Assembly (NCBI GenBank): GCA_965656255.1 | Contig: CBFHJI010000001.1 | Coordinates: 8,505-72,504 of the forward strand | Length of the DNA: 64,000 nt | DNA from: Alphaproteobacteria bacterium | Lineage (GTDB): Bacteria; Pseudomonadota; Alphaproteobacteria; RS24 | Direction of reading: 5' to 3' | Shown: in pieces, positions 9,771-20,981 of the stretch | Numbering within the stretch: the stretch's first letter is position 1 | Layout of the letters: each line of letters begins with the position of its first letter | Position numbers and translations under genes: made by a program | Notes under the pieces: model-generated | What the model was told of the DNA's origin: nothing | Databases searched by the model: none | The model's input: only the letters and a program-made list of their open reading frames with translations

Positions 9771-11001
9771 GTGTTAAATCACAAGCCCACACCCGGGCAC
9801 TGCCTTTGCCGACACCAACATCAGCCTCAATTGAAATATGTGGCGTCCGCATATGTTCGGCGACAAGCGTCTCGTCATAGCCCTCAATCGCGCGACCCTT
9901 TCTTGCAACCAAATGGCCACCAATCTTAATGCCAAGCTTGTCACGGTCAGCACGTTCACCAGACTTACCAATTGCCATTACAATCCGACCCCAATTGGCG
10001 TCTTCGCCGGCAATGGCAGTTTTGACCAATGGTGAATTTCCAATCGCCAAAGCAATTTTCCGCGCGGCAGTGTCATTTTGCGCACCTTTAATATCAATCG
10101 TCATGAGCTTTGTTGCGCCCTCGCCGTCACATGCTATTTGAATGGCGACATCCTGTATCACCCGCCTTAGCTCTTTCTTAAAATGACCCAAGCGCGGGTC
10201 GTTGACGGACCTCAAGGGTGCGCCGCCCAATGCCTTTTCGCCGGTCGCACAGAATAAGAATGTATCCGATGTGGATGTATCGCCATCCACCGTTATGGCA
10301 TTGAAACTCTCATCATTGACGTCACGAATGAGCTTTTGCAAAAGGCCCGTAGGAAGCGCCGCATCTGTAAATCCAAAGGCAAGCATCGTCGCCATGTCGG
10401 GTGCGATCATGCCGGAACCTTTGGCGATCACATTAATGTTCACGCGGTGTTTACCAAATTTGGCTGTGCCTGTTGCGCCCTTAGCAAATGTATCCGTTGT
10501 ACAAATTGCTTTGGCTGCGGAGAGCCAATCTTGACGGTTTTCATTTTTATCCAAACCAGCAAGCATGGCCGATACAAGTGGAGATGGATCAAGATCTTGG
10601 CCAATCACTCCGGTCGAAGCCATATAAACATTGCACGCATCAACTCCCAAAAGGGATGCGCAAGCAGCACTCACCGTTTCTGCGCTTGCCTGACCTTGCT
10701 TACCGGTAAACGCATTTGCAATACCGGCATTCACAACAATAGCCCGCACGCGTCCTTTGCTCTCTTTTAAATGTGCTTTACATAAATCAACGGCCGCGGA
10801 TGGCATTGATGAATTCGTAAATACACCAGCGATCTTTGCTTTTTCCGGCAAGGTAATCACCAGTAAGTCATCTCGATGACGGTAGCGGGAACCTGTCGCA
10901 TAAACATGAAGCCCAAGACCATCAATTGGGGCTAATTTTGGAAAATCTTGTGGCGCCAAAGGCGAGCGGGGAATTGTCTTAAGAGCCATTATAAACCTCA
11001 A
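9733..11001 (-). CDS. argJ: Bifunctional glutamate N-acetyltransferase / amino-acid acetyltransferase
   Basis: Autoprocessing-site context PDMATMLAF and full-length ArgJ-like sequence. Confidence 0.9.
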   Translation of the reverse strand: MRFIMALKTIPRSPLAPQDFPKLAPIDGLGLHVYATGSRYRHRDDLLVITLPEKAKIAGVFTNSSMPSAAVDLCKAHLKESKGRVRAIVVNAGIANAFTGKQGQASAETVSAACASLLGVDACNVYMASTGVIGQDLDPSPLVSAMLAGLDKNENRQDWLSAAKAICTTDTFAKGATGTAKFGKHRVNINVIAKGSGMIAPDMATMLAFGFTDAALPTGLLQKLIRDVNDESFNAITVDGDTSTSDTFLFCATGEKALGGAPLRSVNDPRLGHFKKELRRVIQDVAIQIACDGEGATKLMTIDIKGAQNDTAARKIALAIGNSPLVKTAIAGEDANWGRIVMAIGKSGERADRDKLGIKIGGHLVARKGRAIEGYDETLVAEHMRTPHISIEADVGVGKGSARVWACDLTHGYISINADYRS

Positions 11002-11025
11002 AAAGGGAGTTATTTAGATCTAATA

Positions 11026-11904
11026 TTACTTTGCACCAGCGGGTTTAATAAATTCAATTTTTGCCTCTTCGCGAAGTTCTTCATAAACCTTAGCCTGTGC
11101 TTGGCGCATTAAATGGTCTGTTATTTGCGGTGCAATATCGTTAAAGGCCGGAACGGGTTGGGTGCGTTTATCTTCCAGCTTGATCACATGCCAACCAAAC
11201 TGAGTCTTCACCGGCTCTGATATCCCACCTGGCTTTAATTTAAAGCTAGCCGCACTAAATTCTGGCACCATTTGGTCAGCTGTAAAATACCCAAGATCCC
11301 CACCGGAGGGACCGCTTGGTCCGGTCGACTTTTCTTTAGCCAAAGCCTCAAAATCAGCACCAGCTTTGAGTTCTGCAACAATTTTCTTGGCCTCATCCTC
11401 GCTGGCCACGAGAATATGACGGGCACGCACTTCTTCAACAGGTTTTTTGCTGGCAATTTCTACTTGATAAAAAGCCGACACTTTTTCATCACTCACCGCG
11501 CCGGCAACTTGCCGCTCAACATATATTTCTTGGAGTGCTTTTTCCGTATAAAAGGCCAACCGCACCTGCACATCCGGGTCGTTGACAGAAATACCAGCTG
11601 CCTTAGCGGCTTCAGAAGCCAATGAACGGTCCACCAAAAAGCCGACAAGGGCTTGCATACGCTGGTCTTGAGGCATGTCACCAATCATGGCGAAAAGCTC
11701 TTCCTCAGCCAACACCAAATCACCCACACTAATGGATTTTCCATTTACTGTGGCAACCACCTGCTCATTATAAGGCGCCTTCTGAACCATATCTTTATAG
11801 GATGCGTTTTGAGCAAGGACGGGAGATATCGCGCCAATGGATACAAAAGAGGCCATGAACGCAAAAGCGGCTATTTTTATCGTGACTTGGTTAGATTTTA
11901 GCAT
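11026..11904 (-). CDS. Periplasmic parvulin-type peptidyl-prolyl isomerase (SurA/PpiC-like)
   Basis: Signal peptide, then a PpiC domain (ARHILV...GGDLGYF...GWHVIKL). Confidence 0.8.
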   Translation of the reverse strand: MLKSNQVTIKIAAFAFMASFVSIGAISPVLAQNASYKDMVQKAPYNEQVVATVNGKSISVGDLVLAEEELFAMIGDMPQDQRMQALVGFLVDRSLASEAAKAAGISVNDPDVQVRLAFYTEKALQEIYVERQVAGAVSDEKVSAFYQVEIASKKPVEEVRARHILVASEDEAKKIVAELKAGADFEALAKEKSTGPSGPSGGDLGYFTADQMVPEFSAASFKLKPGGISEPVKTQFGWHVIKLEDKRTQPVPAFNDIAPQITDHLMRQAQAKVYEELREEAKIEFIKPAGAK

Positions 11905-12099
11905 TTTTTCTCCTAACAGCCCTTAATTGCTGATTATATGCGCTTTCTGGTCTAGTCTTATGCCTATATTGCGCCTTTTCATAGATCACGCAATTGACAC
12001 TGCATGACCTGATGCTTACATCATTTTAGCCATTTTGCGAATGGCCAATTGATATTTTAAGAAGTGCCCCAATTCGGGTTACTTATGAGGGGACCTTTT

Positions 12100-14742
12100 A
12101 TGCTTGGCGCAAACAGCATTCTGCAAAAAATATTTGGCTCTACAAATGATCGCAAACTAAAACCATATTTTGCCCGCGTTGAAAAAATTAACGCGCTCGA
12201 AGAGAGCATGCGCGCTCTTAGCGATGAAGCCCTTCGCGCCAAAACTGATGAATTTAAGCAAAAAATTAAAGAAGGTGCGACTCTCGACGACCTGCTTGAA
12301 CCAGCCTTTGCAACCGTCCGTGAGGCTGCCCGGCGTATGCTTGGCCAACGTCATTATGACGTTCAGCTCATTGGCGGAATGGTCCTATTTGAAGGTCGAA
12401 TTGCCGAAATGAAAACGGGCGAAGGCAAGACGCTTGTTGCAACCCTACCTTGCTATCTGCAGGCTTTATCGGGAGAACCCGTTCACGTTGTGACGGTCAA
12501 TGATTATCTTGCCCAGCGCGATGCGGCCTGGATGTCGAAAGTGCATAATTTTTTGGGCATGAGCGTGAGCTGTATCGTTAATGATATGAGCGATGAAGAG
12601 CGAATCAACGCTTATGCCTGCGACATTACCTATGCCACCAATAATGAGCTTGGCTTTGATTATTTGCGCGACAATATGAAATATAGCCTCGATCAAATGG
12701 TACAACGCGGGCACGCTTTTGCCATTGTTGACGAGGTCGATAGTATTTTAATCGATGAGGCGCGGACACCGCTAATCATATCAGGCCCTCTCGATGACAA
12801 GACAGACCTCTATGTGCGGGTTAACGCTATTATTCCAGAATTAAAACCAGAAGACTTTGAGGTCGATGAAAAAACGCGCCAAGTGTCCCTCACAGATGAT
12901 GGCAATGAGCATGTCGAGACCTTGCTTAAAGCAATCAACCTCCTAGAAAATGACAGCTCCATTTATGACATTCAGAATGTCACATTGGTCCACCATGTCA
13001 CGAATGCACTGCGCGCTCATACTCTTTTTGCCAAAGACCGAGACTATATTGTCAAAGGCGCTGGTGATTCTGGAAGCGTCATCATCATCGATGAATTTAC
13101 CGGCCGAATGATGGAAGGCCGCCGTTATTCAGATGGATTACACCAAGCCTTAGAAGCCAAAGAAGGCGTTGCCATTCAGCCAGAAAACCAAACTTTAGCA
13201 TCGGTCACATTCCAAAATTACTTCCGACTTTACGACAAACTCTCAGGCATGACCGGAACGGCTTTAACAGAAGCCGAGGAATTTCTTGATATTTATGCGC
13301 TGGACGTCATCGAGGTGCCAACAAATACGCCGGTAACCCGCATCGATGATGATGACGAAGTCTTTCGAACCGCGGGTGAAAAGTTTGAAGCTATCACCAA
13401 AATGATTTCGGAATGCAAGGACCGCAAACAACCTGTTCTTGTCGGCACCACCAGCATTGAGAAATCAGAAATGCTCTCTGAGATCCTTAAAAAACGTAAT
13501 ATTGAACATAACGTTCTCAATGCAAGATACCACACGCAGGAAGCTCAAATCATTGCCCAAGCCGGTGTGCCCGGCGCAGTCACTATCGCAACCAATATGG
13601 CGGGCCGTGGTACAGATATTCAGCTCGGCGGCAATGTTGATATGCGCCTGAATGAGGAATGCCCTGAAAACGCGACAGATGCTGAACGCGCTGAAATAGA
13701 AGCACGCATCCGCAACGAAGTAACAGCTCTCAAAACTGAAGCGCTGAACGCAGGCGGCTTATGTGTCATCGGCACAGAACGCCATGAAAGCCGGCGCATC
13801 GACAATCAGCTTCGTGGCCGCTCAGGACGCCAAGGCGACCCAGGACAATCAAGGTTTTTTCTTAGCCTTGAAGATGACCTCATGCGTATTTTCGGCACCG
13901 ATCGAATGGACGGTATGTTGCAACGACTTGGCCTAAAGGAAGGCGAGTCGATTGTTCACCCTTGGATCAACAAAGCCCTCGAGCGTGCCCAGAAAAAAGT
14001 TGAGGCGCGAAACTTTGATATTCGGAAAAATATTCTCAAATATGACGACGTCATGAATGATCAACGGCGCACCGTATTTGAACAACGCATCGACTTCATG
14101 CGCGCAGACAGCGTCAATGAAATCATTGCTGACATGCGCCACGATGTCATTGACGACTTAATCACCATATATATCCCTGCCAAAGCTTATGCAGACCAAT
14201 GGGATATTGATGGTCTGGATGAGCGGATCAATGATCTTTTTGATGCACAAACCCCACTCAAAGAATGGGCCAGCGAAGAAGGTATTGCCGACCAAGAAAT
14301 CAAAGAGCGCTTAACGCGTTTGCTTGATGAACGCGCCGCCGCAAAAGTAGCAAGGGTCGGCCCAGACCTTATGCGGCAAGTCGAAAAATCTATTTTGCTG
14401 CAGACCATGGATCAGCGCTGGCGCGAACATTTGCTCTTACTTGAGCACTTACGTCAAATCGTTGGTTTACGTGGTTATGGGCAGCGCGACCCACTTAATG
14501 AATTCAAACTCGAAGCATTTACATTATTCTCTGATCTACTCACACAATTGCGTGAAGATGTGTGCCGCTTTGTTAGTCGTGTTGAAATCGACACAAAACC
14601 CCCAGAGCTTGAGGTGCCCGAAACAGCTAGTCAGGCCGAAGCAGAGACAGAACAAAACAATTTGCCAAAGGTGCAGCGCAACGCGCCTTGCCCTTGTGGA
14701 TCAGGAAAAAAATTCAAACATTGTCATGGTGCAATCCGTTAA
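12100..14742 (+). CDS. secA: Preprotein translocase ATPase SecA
   Basis: [22 protein letters not shown]-terminus after GAGGGGA SD-like sequence. Walker [10 protein letters not shown]-terminal zinc finger [14 protein letters not shown]. Confidence 0.95.
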   Translation: MLGANSILQKIFGSTNDRKLKPYFARVEKINALEESMRALSDEALRAKTDEFKQKIKEGATLDDLLEPAFATVREAARRMLGQRHYDVQLIGGMVLFEGRIAEMKTGEGKTLVATLPCYLQALSGEPVHVVTVNDYLAQRDAAWMSKVHNFLGMSVSCIVNDMSDEERINAYACDITYATNNELGFDYLRDNMKYSLDQMVQRGHAFAIVDEVDSILIDEARTPLIISGPLDDKTDLYVRVNAIIPELKPEDFEVDEKTRQVSLTDDGNEHVETLLKAINLLENDSSIYDIQNVTLVHHVTNALRAHTLFAKDRDYIVKGAGDSGSVIIIDEFTGRMMEGRRYSDGLHQALEAKEGVAIQPENQTLASVTFQNYFRLYDKLSGMTGTALTEAEEFLDIYALDVIEVPTNTPVTRIDDDDEVFRTAGEKFEAITKMISECKDRKQPVLVGTTSIEKSEMLSEILKKRNIEHNVLNARYHTQEAQIIAQAGVPGAVTIATNMAGRGTDIQLGGNVDMRLNEECPENATDAERAEIEARIRNEVTALKTEALNAGGLCVIGTERHESRRIDNQLRGRSGRQGDPGQSRFFLSLEDDLMRIFGTDRMDGMLQRLGLKEGESIVHPWINKALERAQKKVEARNFDIRKNILKYDDVMNDQRRTVFEQRIDFMRADSVNEIIADMRHDVIDDLITIYIPAKAYADQWDIDGLDERINDLFDAQTPLKEWASEEGIADQEIKERLTRLLDERAAAKVARVGPDLMRQVEKSILLQTMDQRWREHLLLLEHLRQIVGLRGYGQRDPLNEFKLEAFTLFSDLLTQLREDVCRFVSRVEIDTKPPELEVPETASQAEAETEQNNLPKVQRNAPCPCGSGKKFKHCHGAIR

Positions 14743-14838
14743 GCGACACAGTGGTCACCCTGCCGGGAACTTATCCCAATGCGCTGGATAAAGTGCCCAA
14801 CACCAAGACGGTCAAAGCAATACATAATATCTTAAATC

Positions 14839-15792
14839 TTATGCAACACCTTCGCGGCCCATCGCTAAGAATTTCTTGCGGCGATCGGATTTCAGTTGCT
14901 TGGGTTCAACCCCAGATAATTGGGCCAATTCTTCGCTAATAACCTGCCCAACTGAACGAATTGTTTCTGGCCGATCGCGATGAGCGCCCCCTTCGGGCTC
15001 AGGAATAATGCGATCAATCACTTTTAGTTCTAGAAGAGATTGCGCCGTTACCTTCAAAGCAGTTGCCGCAATATCAGCGCGCTCTGAAGTGCGCCACAAA
15101 ATAGAGGCGCATGCTTCGGGCGAGGCGACAGTATAAATAGAATGCTCCAGCATTAAAATGCGATTGGCCGTAGCCAGCGCCAGCGCGCCACCCGAGCCAC
15201 CCTCCCCAATCACCAGAGAAATCATTGGTACATTGAGCGACAAACATTTATCCGTACATCTCGCAATTGCCTCAGCCTGACCGCGCTCCTCTGCGCCAAT
15301 ACCAGGATAGGCTCCAGCTGTATCAACCAAGGCGACAACCGGTAAATTAAAACGCTCGGCAAGATCCATAATACGAATAGCTTTACGGTAACCTTCTGGG
15401 CGCGCCATACCAAAATTGTGCTTAATGCGTGTTTGCGTCGAATTGCCTTTTTCCTGGCCAATAATGGCCACACGTTGGCCTTGCCAACGACCAATACCAC
15501 CAATGATCGCATGATCTTCTGAATAAAGGCGATCGCCAGCGAGCGGCGTGAAATCTTCAACCAGACCCTCAATATAATCCATAAAATGTGGACGCGCCGG
15601 ATGACGTGCAACTTGCGTTTTTTGCCAAGGGTTTAAGCCTTGATAAACCTTGAGTGTTTGTTGGCGTGCTTTTTGCTCGAGCTTTCCGATCTCATCAGCA
15701 ATATCGACACCCGTCTTACCCATGGCGCGCAATTCTTTAATTTTGCCCTCGAGCTCGGCAATCGACTTCTCAAAATCAAGATAGACTTGCAT
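14839..15792 (-). CDS. accA: Acetyl-CoA carboxylase carboxyltransferase alpha subunit
   Basis: Full-length AccA-like sequence ([14 protein letters not shown]..., [14 protein letters not shown]). Confidence 0.95.
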   Translation of the reverse strand: MQVYLDFEKSIAELEGKIKELRAMGKTGVDIADEIGKLEQKARQQTLKVYQGLNPWQKTQVARHPARPHFMDYIEGLVEDFTPLAGDRLYSEDHAIIGGIGRWQGQRVAIIGQEKGNSTQTRIKHNFGMARPEGYRKAIRIMDLAERFNLPVVALVDTAGAYPGIGAEERGQAEAIARCTDKCLSLNVPMISLVIGEGGSGGALALATANRILMLEHSIYTVASPEACASILWRTSERADIAATALKVTAQSLLELKVIDRIIPEPEGGAHRDRPETIRSVGQVISEELAQLSGVEPKQLKSDRRKKFLAMGREGVA

Positions 15793-15929
15793 CTCACTGT
15801 TCCTTTGTCCGCGACATCTAGCTTACAACATCCAGGATCTAAATTTAAGGCGACTTTTCCTTAACAATAAGTGCCCCAAAACATAGACCTAGGTCAATCC
15901 CAAGACACCTCTATCTTACAAGAAGAGGC

Positions 15930-16862
15930 TTATATTTTTTTAAAACCATCGCGCGCGAGCGGATGAGCGGTCTCAATAATGCGTCTTTTATGATCCTGGG
16001 CGACATGGGTATAGATTTGTGTGGTGGAAATATCAGCATGCCCTAACATCTGCTGAACGGAACGCAAATCAGCACCATTTTCAACAAGATGGGTTGCAAA
16101 GGCATGACGCAAGCCATGGGGCGATAAATGAATATGGGCCAATCCCGCCTGCCGCGCCAATTCTGATAGAATTTGCCAGAATCTCTGGCGTGTAATATGG
16201 CCTGAGGCACCCCCGCTGGGAAACAAATATACGCTTTGGCTATATTTGGCGTCGCGTAGTTGTACCCATGTATCCAGAGCTGACATTGCAGGAGGACTAA
16301 GGGGAACAATACGCTCACGGCCACCTTTACCAATCACATGGACATAAGCACGATCTGCGTTAACGACCTTTCGGTTTAATCCGACAAGCTCACTGACACG
16401 CATGCCGCTGGCATATAACATTTCAATTGCGCAAATCAAACGCATGCGCTTCTCATTTTGAATAGGCGTTTTTGCTGGCAACGCATAGGCAGTCTCAAAT
16501 AATCGATCAACATCATCTATACCCAGCAATTTGGGCAAAGGCCGCGTAAGCTTTGGCCGGGCTATCTCGAGTGCCGGATTGCTCGAACGGATACCTTCCG
16601 TAACCAAAAATTTATAAAAAGCCCTAACCGCAGATAAATGCCGGGCGACTGTTGGCGGCGCCATTTCACGATCATATAAAACACGCATATGCCGCGCCAG
16701 ATGATCGTGTTCGGCCAATGCAAAACTGACCTTTTGTGCCGCAAGATTATCGGCTAAGGCCTCAAGATCACGACGATATGCGGACACTGTATTTGCGGAC
16801 ACACCACGTTCAGCAACCATCATGTCTAAAAAAAGATCGATTAAATGTGTGTCCTTGTTCAT
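15930..16862 (-). CDS. xerD: Tyrosine recombinase XerD
   Basis: C-terminal catalytic region HGLRHAFATHLVENGADLRSVQQMLGHADISTTQIYTHV. Its ATG shares one nucleotide with the upstream stop codon (TAATG). Confidence 0.85.
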   Translation of the reverse strand: MNKDTHLIDLFLDMMVAERGVSANTVSAYRRDLEALADNLAAQKVSFALAEHDHLARHMRVLYDREMAPPTVARHLSAVRAFYKFLVTEGIRSSNPALEIARPKLTRPLPKLLGIDDVDRLFETAYALPAKTPIQNEKRMRLICAIEMLYASGMRVSELVGLNRKVVNADRAYVHVIGKGGRERIVPLSPPAMSALDTWVQLRDAKYSQSVYLFPSGGASGHITRQRFWQILSELARQAGLAHIHLSPHGLRHAFATHLVENGADLRSVQQMLGHADISTTQIYTHVAQDHKRRIIETAHPLARDGFKKI

Positions 16863-18985
16863 TATTCTACTATCGGCGCGGCGGGCGCCATTTCGCTAAC
16901 CGTCTCCCCAAAAAGCAATTTTGGATTGGACTCGACGCTACCGCCCATGCTCCGGCTTGCATCATCTGGTTGCGGCTGTTCAGGCATAAGCGAATTGGTT
17001 AGGCCTTGCTCTTGGGTATCACTTTCATTTGGCACCAGCTTAATGAGGGGCATTTCATCCGGAAGTGCAAAAGGCACTGCCGCATCAGCAATAGCCTTGA
17101 GCTGCCCGCCAACCGCCAAATCAAAAATCAATTCATTGGCAAACATTTGAGCTTCGTGCTCAAGCCCCAGATAGGTTAAAGACGCCACCGCCATAATCGC
17201 CTCATGGCTTAGCCATGCATCTACCGGCTTACTTCCTATTGTTTCTTGTAGATGCAAAACAAGGTCGCCTAAGCGCCCCTCCTGACTTAAGCGAAGCGTC
17301 CGTTCAACCACAGTATGTCTAGATGCCAACTCGCTTAATGATAATTGCGGCTCAGAACCAGCCTGTATGAGAAGCTCCATCAATGTCGGCTCAACGGCAA
17401 GTAACTGTCCCGACTCTTGATATTGACGAATATTTGGAAAAGCATTTGTGCGGCCAGCTGCAAAATCAACGACATCGTAAATGTTTTTATAAGTTGGTTG
17501 TGCATTGGGGCGACTGTTGCGCGGAGTCAAAAATTTCTCGGCAATATCAATCCGCCCAAGCGTTAAAGAGGCAAGCGCCAAAACATCGCTCGGCACCACA
17601 TTTTCATTTTGGGCCTGCGCCAATATATCGGGCGCCATCAGAGTAACCGCAAATTGCCAACTATTGGCACGCACTCCAGAAAGCAAAAAGGACTCTATGA
17701 CGCTGGGTTGCAAGGCTTGTTGGCGCGCCGCAATAATTTGAAAGTTTTTGGCCAGACCCAAAAGGTCATCCCCACCAAAGACTAAGGCTGGCCTATTCTC
17801 GGCTGGATTGCCCATCGGTTCTAGAGATACGGGCGCAGAATTGTTCGCGCCGGCTTCTGGAAGTGCAGAGGCAGCTCCAATATCTCTAAAGTTTGCCTCA
17901 GGAGCTGCAGGGGTCAGTGCGACAAGCCGAACAATTTCGCGCAGCATATCAGGCTTGATTAAGCCAAGCTTCAGCGCACCTCGAGCGGCCTCGAGTTGCA
18001 GCACAGGATCCACATCATAATCGCGAGCTAAAGTTGGATAACGCGATACGCTATGGGCCTGAAGACGATTGCCGTAACCAATTTTGGCAATTTTAATCAA
18101 TGCAAAATCTAAACTATCAATAAGAAGAGGTAAGGCCGGCGCCTCCATAGGTGCATCGAGTGTCACCATATAGGCCAGCGCTTCAAAAAACGGGTCTTGC
18201 GACAATAGCTCGCGATTGAGATCAATCGTAAGCGCAGCCTCAGCCCGATCATTGCGATTAAGCGCACAAATAATTTTATGTTGCGTAAAGAATAAATCCC
18301 TTTTGGGCATCCGCCGCGGGAGAGGCACAAGACAACTACTCTGGATATCACCAGAATCGAGCAATGCCTTTATGTTAATTTGGGCAATGGCGGCATTGCG
18401 TTTTTCCGCACCGGTAAGCGCGATGAACTCCGAAACGGATGTCAGATCACCAAGACCATAAAGGCGTGCGAGGCGCGCTTGAAACCAGCCAACATCTGAT
18501 GGCGTTGCCCCTTTGGGGACAGGTGCGCGACCGCGCAATATCGCCAATTCCATTTGGCTCAACACATAGCTACTCGACGCATTGGGCAAACGGCTCAATT
18601 GTTGAATAATATAAGCCGACCGACTGCCACGCCAGACATCGGGACCATAGCCCCTCTCAAGACCGATCATACCGGTCTCAATTGCACCCAAACTGCCAAC
18701 TTGAAGCGGCGCAGGCCTTGCGGTATCGCGCACAAGCACACCCGAGCGATCCCAACCCGCTTTTTTGCGTTCATCGGAGCTAAGCTCAGATAAGACCTGA
18801 GGCGGCACGATAACGACAGGCACGCCTTCCCCTGACAAGGATGTGCGAGATTGAGCAACCACGGATGGCGACCAAATACAGGACATCGCAAACAAGGAAA
18901 AAACGAACCTGCGTGCTGATGATCTATTCATTAACGACCCGTCTCCGCTTTTGCGGCCTTTGCTGCGAACTTGGGCATGCGTCAT
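16862..18985 (-). CDS. Uncharacterised exported protein, up to 707 aa
   Basis: Long ORF in an alphaproteobacterial coding context. A signal-peptide-like segment (MNRSSARRFVFSLFAMSCIWSPSVVAQS) begins at internal Met19, so the start may be 18931. I recognise no domain. Confidence 0.65.
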   Translation of the reverse strand: MTHAQVRSKGRKSGDGSLMNRSSARRFVFSLFAMSCIWSPSVVAQSRTSLSGEGVPVVIVPPQVLSELSSDERKKAGWDRSGVLVRDTARPAPLQVGSLGAIETGMIGLERGYGPDVWRGSRSAYIIQQLSRLPNASSSYVLSQMELAILRGRAPVPKGATPSDVGWFQARLARLYGLGDLTSVSEFIALTGAEKRNAAIAQINIKALLDSGDIQSSCLVPLPRRMPKRDLFFTQHKIICALNRNDRAEAALTIDLNRELLSQDPFFEALAYMVTLDAPMEAPALPLLIDSLDFALIKIAKIGYGNRLQAHSVSRYPTLARDYDVDPVLQLEAARGALKLGLIKPDMLREIVRLVALTPAAPEANFRDIGAASALPEAGANNSAPVSLEPMGNPAENRPALVFGGDDLLGLAKNFQIIAARQQALQPSVIESFLLSGVRANSWQFAVTLMAPDILAQAQNENVVPSDVLALASLTLGRIDIAEKFLTPRNSRPNAQPTYKNIYDVVDFAAGRTNAFPNIRQYQESGQLLAVEPTLMELLIQAGSEPQLSLSELASRHTVVERTLRLSQEGRLGDLVLHLQETIGSKPVDAWLSHEAIMAVASLTYLGLEHEAQMFANELIFDLAVGGQLKAIADAAVPFALPDEMPLIKLVPNESDTQEQGLTNSLMPEQPQPDDASRSMGGSVESNPKLLFGETVSEMAPAAPIVE

Positions 18986-18994
18986 CTTGATTAA

Positions 18995-19129
18995 TTATCG
19001 TACACTTGGTGCTTCAATAACATCAACCACCGTCTCGCGCTCAGGCGTTACGCCATTTGCAAGAAACACAATCGCGGCAATTAAAATGGTCGCGACGATA
19101 AGCACAATGAGATAAGGTTTAGCAATCAT
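18995..19129 (-). CDS. Candidate 44-aa single-pass membrane micro-protein
   Basis: Below the ORF-track size cutoff. GAGGAAAAAAT precedes the ATG. Sequence is MIAKPYLIVLIVATILIAAIVFLANGVTPERETVVDVIEAPSVR. Same strand as, and directly upstream of, the 707-aa ORF. Confidence 0.4.
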   Translation of the reverse strand: MIAKPYLIVLIVATILIAAIVFLANGVTPERETVVDVIEAPSVR

Positions 19130-19256
19130 ATTTTTTCCTCTTAAAGGCTGTCCAATAACGATTCAGGTGTATATTCTACACAAATTGCGGCAAAAACGGG
19201 AAAGTAACAACTTTTTATATTAAAACGCCTTATTTGTAGAAAATGTAAACGTCATA

Positions 19257-19817
19257 ATGCACCCTTCTGGCTCCGATCTACACATAGAAAAACCAATTGT
19301 TCTCATTGGCATGATGGGAGCGGGAAAAACATCCATTGGTATTCGTCTTGCCCGCGCCCTTGATTTGCCGTTTTGGGATGCCGATGATGAAATCGAAAAA
19401 GCTGCCCAATTGGCAATTCCTGAAATTTTTGAACAACATGGCGAAACATATTTTCGTGACGGCGAACGGCGTGTCATATCACGATTACTCGACAATGGTC
19501 CCTGCATTATCGCGACGGGTGGCGGCGCATTTATGGCTGAAGAGACGCGCCAAACCATTAAGTGCCAAGGCTTATCTATTTGGTTGCGTGCCCCGCTGGA
19601 TGAATTGGTAAGGCGCGTAAAGCGAAAACCAAACAAACGTCCATTGCTCAAGGGTGGCAAAGTCAAAGAAAAGATTGCAAAATTACTTAAAGAGCGCGAG
19701 CCATTCTATGCCTTAGCTGACCATGTGATTGACAGCCAAAACAGTGATCACGATGCAATCGTTTCCCGCTTGGTCACATTTTTACAGGACAAACCAAAAG
19801 ACCATCAGATCATCTAA
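19257..19817 (+). CDS. aroK: Shikimate kinase
   Basis: Walker A GMMGAGKTSIG and shikimate-kinase-like sequence. Followed by aroB. Confidence 0.9.
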   Translation: MHPSGSDLHIEKPIVLIGMMGAGKTSIGIRLARALDLPFWDADDEIEKAAQLAIPEIFEQHGETYFRDGERRVISRLLDNGPCIIATGGGAFMAEETRQTIKCQGLSIWLRAPLDELVRRVKRKPNKRPLLKGGKVKEKIAKLLKEREPFYALADHVIDSQNSDHDAIVSRLVTFLQDKPKDHQII

Positions 19818-19856
19818 TCCTAGACAAAAAGACATAGGTTTCGTAATCCCTTAATC

Positions 19857-20981
19857 ATGAATGATATTAAGAAAAAATATGATAAAGTAAAAGTTGCACT
19901 CGAAGGTCGCAGCTATGATATTTTTATTGGTGATGCGTTAATTGAGAACGCCGCGCAATTTATAGCACCCTTACTTAAGCGCCCTCGCTGTTGGATCATT
20001 ACCGATCACGAGGTGGCCGCACACCACCTAGAAACACTCAGCGGCAATCTCACTCAAAATAACATTGACGTCGCACATAAAATCTTGCCCGCGGGCGAAG
20101 GCACCAAATCATTCGCCGCACTCGGAGAAGTTTGCGACTGGCTCTTAGATGAAAAAATTGAACGCAGTGACATCATCATTGCCTTGGGCGGGGGTGTCGT
20201 CGGCGACCTCACCGGCTTTGCCGCTGCTATTTTAAAACGCGGCACACGCTTTGTGCAAATCCCAACCACTCTCTTGGCGCAAGTCGATTCAAGTGTCGGG
20301 GGAAAAACCGGCATTAATGTTAAGCAGGGTAAAAACCTAATTGGCGCTTTTCATCAGCCAGACCTTGTCTTGGCAGACCGCCAGGCACTCACCACTTTAC
20401 CGCGCCGGCAAATACTGGCCGGCTTTGCCGAAATCATTAAATATGGCGCCCTTGGGGATGCGCAGTTTTTTGAATGGCTCGAAGAGAACAGCAATAGTGT
20501 TATAGACCTTCAGCCACATGCACTGGCCTATGCCGTTAAACGAAGTTGCGAAATGAAGGCAGCCATTGTTGCGCGTGACGAGCGCGAATCTGGCGATCGT
20601 GCCCTCTTGAATTTGGGACACACATTCGCCCACGCCTTTGAAGCATTGACCGGATATGGAGATAAATTACTCCATGGTGAAGCTGTCGGCCTTGGCATGG
20701 CAATGGCTTTCAATTTATCGCGTGATTTAAGCCTATGTAGCGCCGAAGCCGCCTCACGCGTTTCCACCTTAATTGACCGCGTTGGCTTGCCTGCTTATAT
20801 CGAAGCCGTTGGCAGCTTTCAGGCCGACGCCTTAATTGATGTTATGGCACAAGACAAAAAAGCCGAAGCCGGCACCTTGCGCTTTGTCCTTGCCCGTCAA
20901 ATTGGTGAAGCCTTTATCAGCAAGGATGTAACATCAAGTCTCTTGCGGTCATTTCTATTAACAGAAGGTGCACAGGCTTAA
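19857..20981 (+). CDS. aroB: 3-dehydroquinate synthase
   Basis: GGGVVGDLTGFAAA, metal-binding His contexts, full length. Confidence 0.9.
   Translation: MNDIKKKYDKVKVALEGRSYDIFIGDALIENAAQFIAPLLKRPRCWIITDHEVAAHHLETLSGNLTQNNIDVAHKILPAGEGTKSFAALGEVCDWLLDEKIERSDIIIALGGGVVGDLTGFAAAILKRGTRFVQIPTTLLAQVDSSVGGKTGINVKQGKNLIGAFHQPDLVLADRQALTTLPRRQILAGFAEIIKYGALGDAQFFEWLEENSNSVIDLQPHALAYAVKRSCEMKAAIVARDERESGDRALLNLGHTFAHAFEALTGYGDKLLHGEAVGLGMAMAFNLSRDLSLCSAEAASRVSTLIDRVGLPAYIEAVGSFQADALIDVMAQDKKAEAGTLRFVLARQIGEAFISKDVTSSLLRSFLLTEGAQA

Noticed and set aside
15930-16862. Tyrosine recombinase as a possible integrase marking a mobile element or genomic island.
   Set aside because: The sequence has the XerD-type C-terminal catalytic region. 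It is embedded between accA and aroK/aroB housekeeping genes. There is no adjacent tRNA, no flanking direct repeats and no cargo genes.
19220-19666. 148-aa ORF antisense to aroK.
   Set aside because: The aroK frame has a Walker A motif and full-length family similarity. The antisense frame is a Ser/Arg/Pro-rich mirror product.
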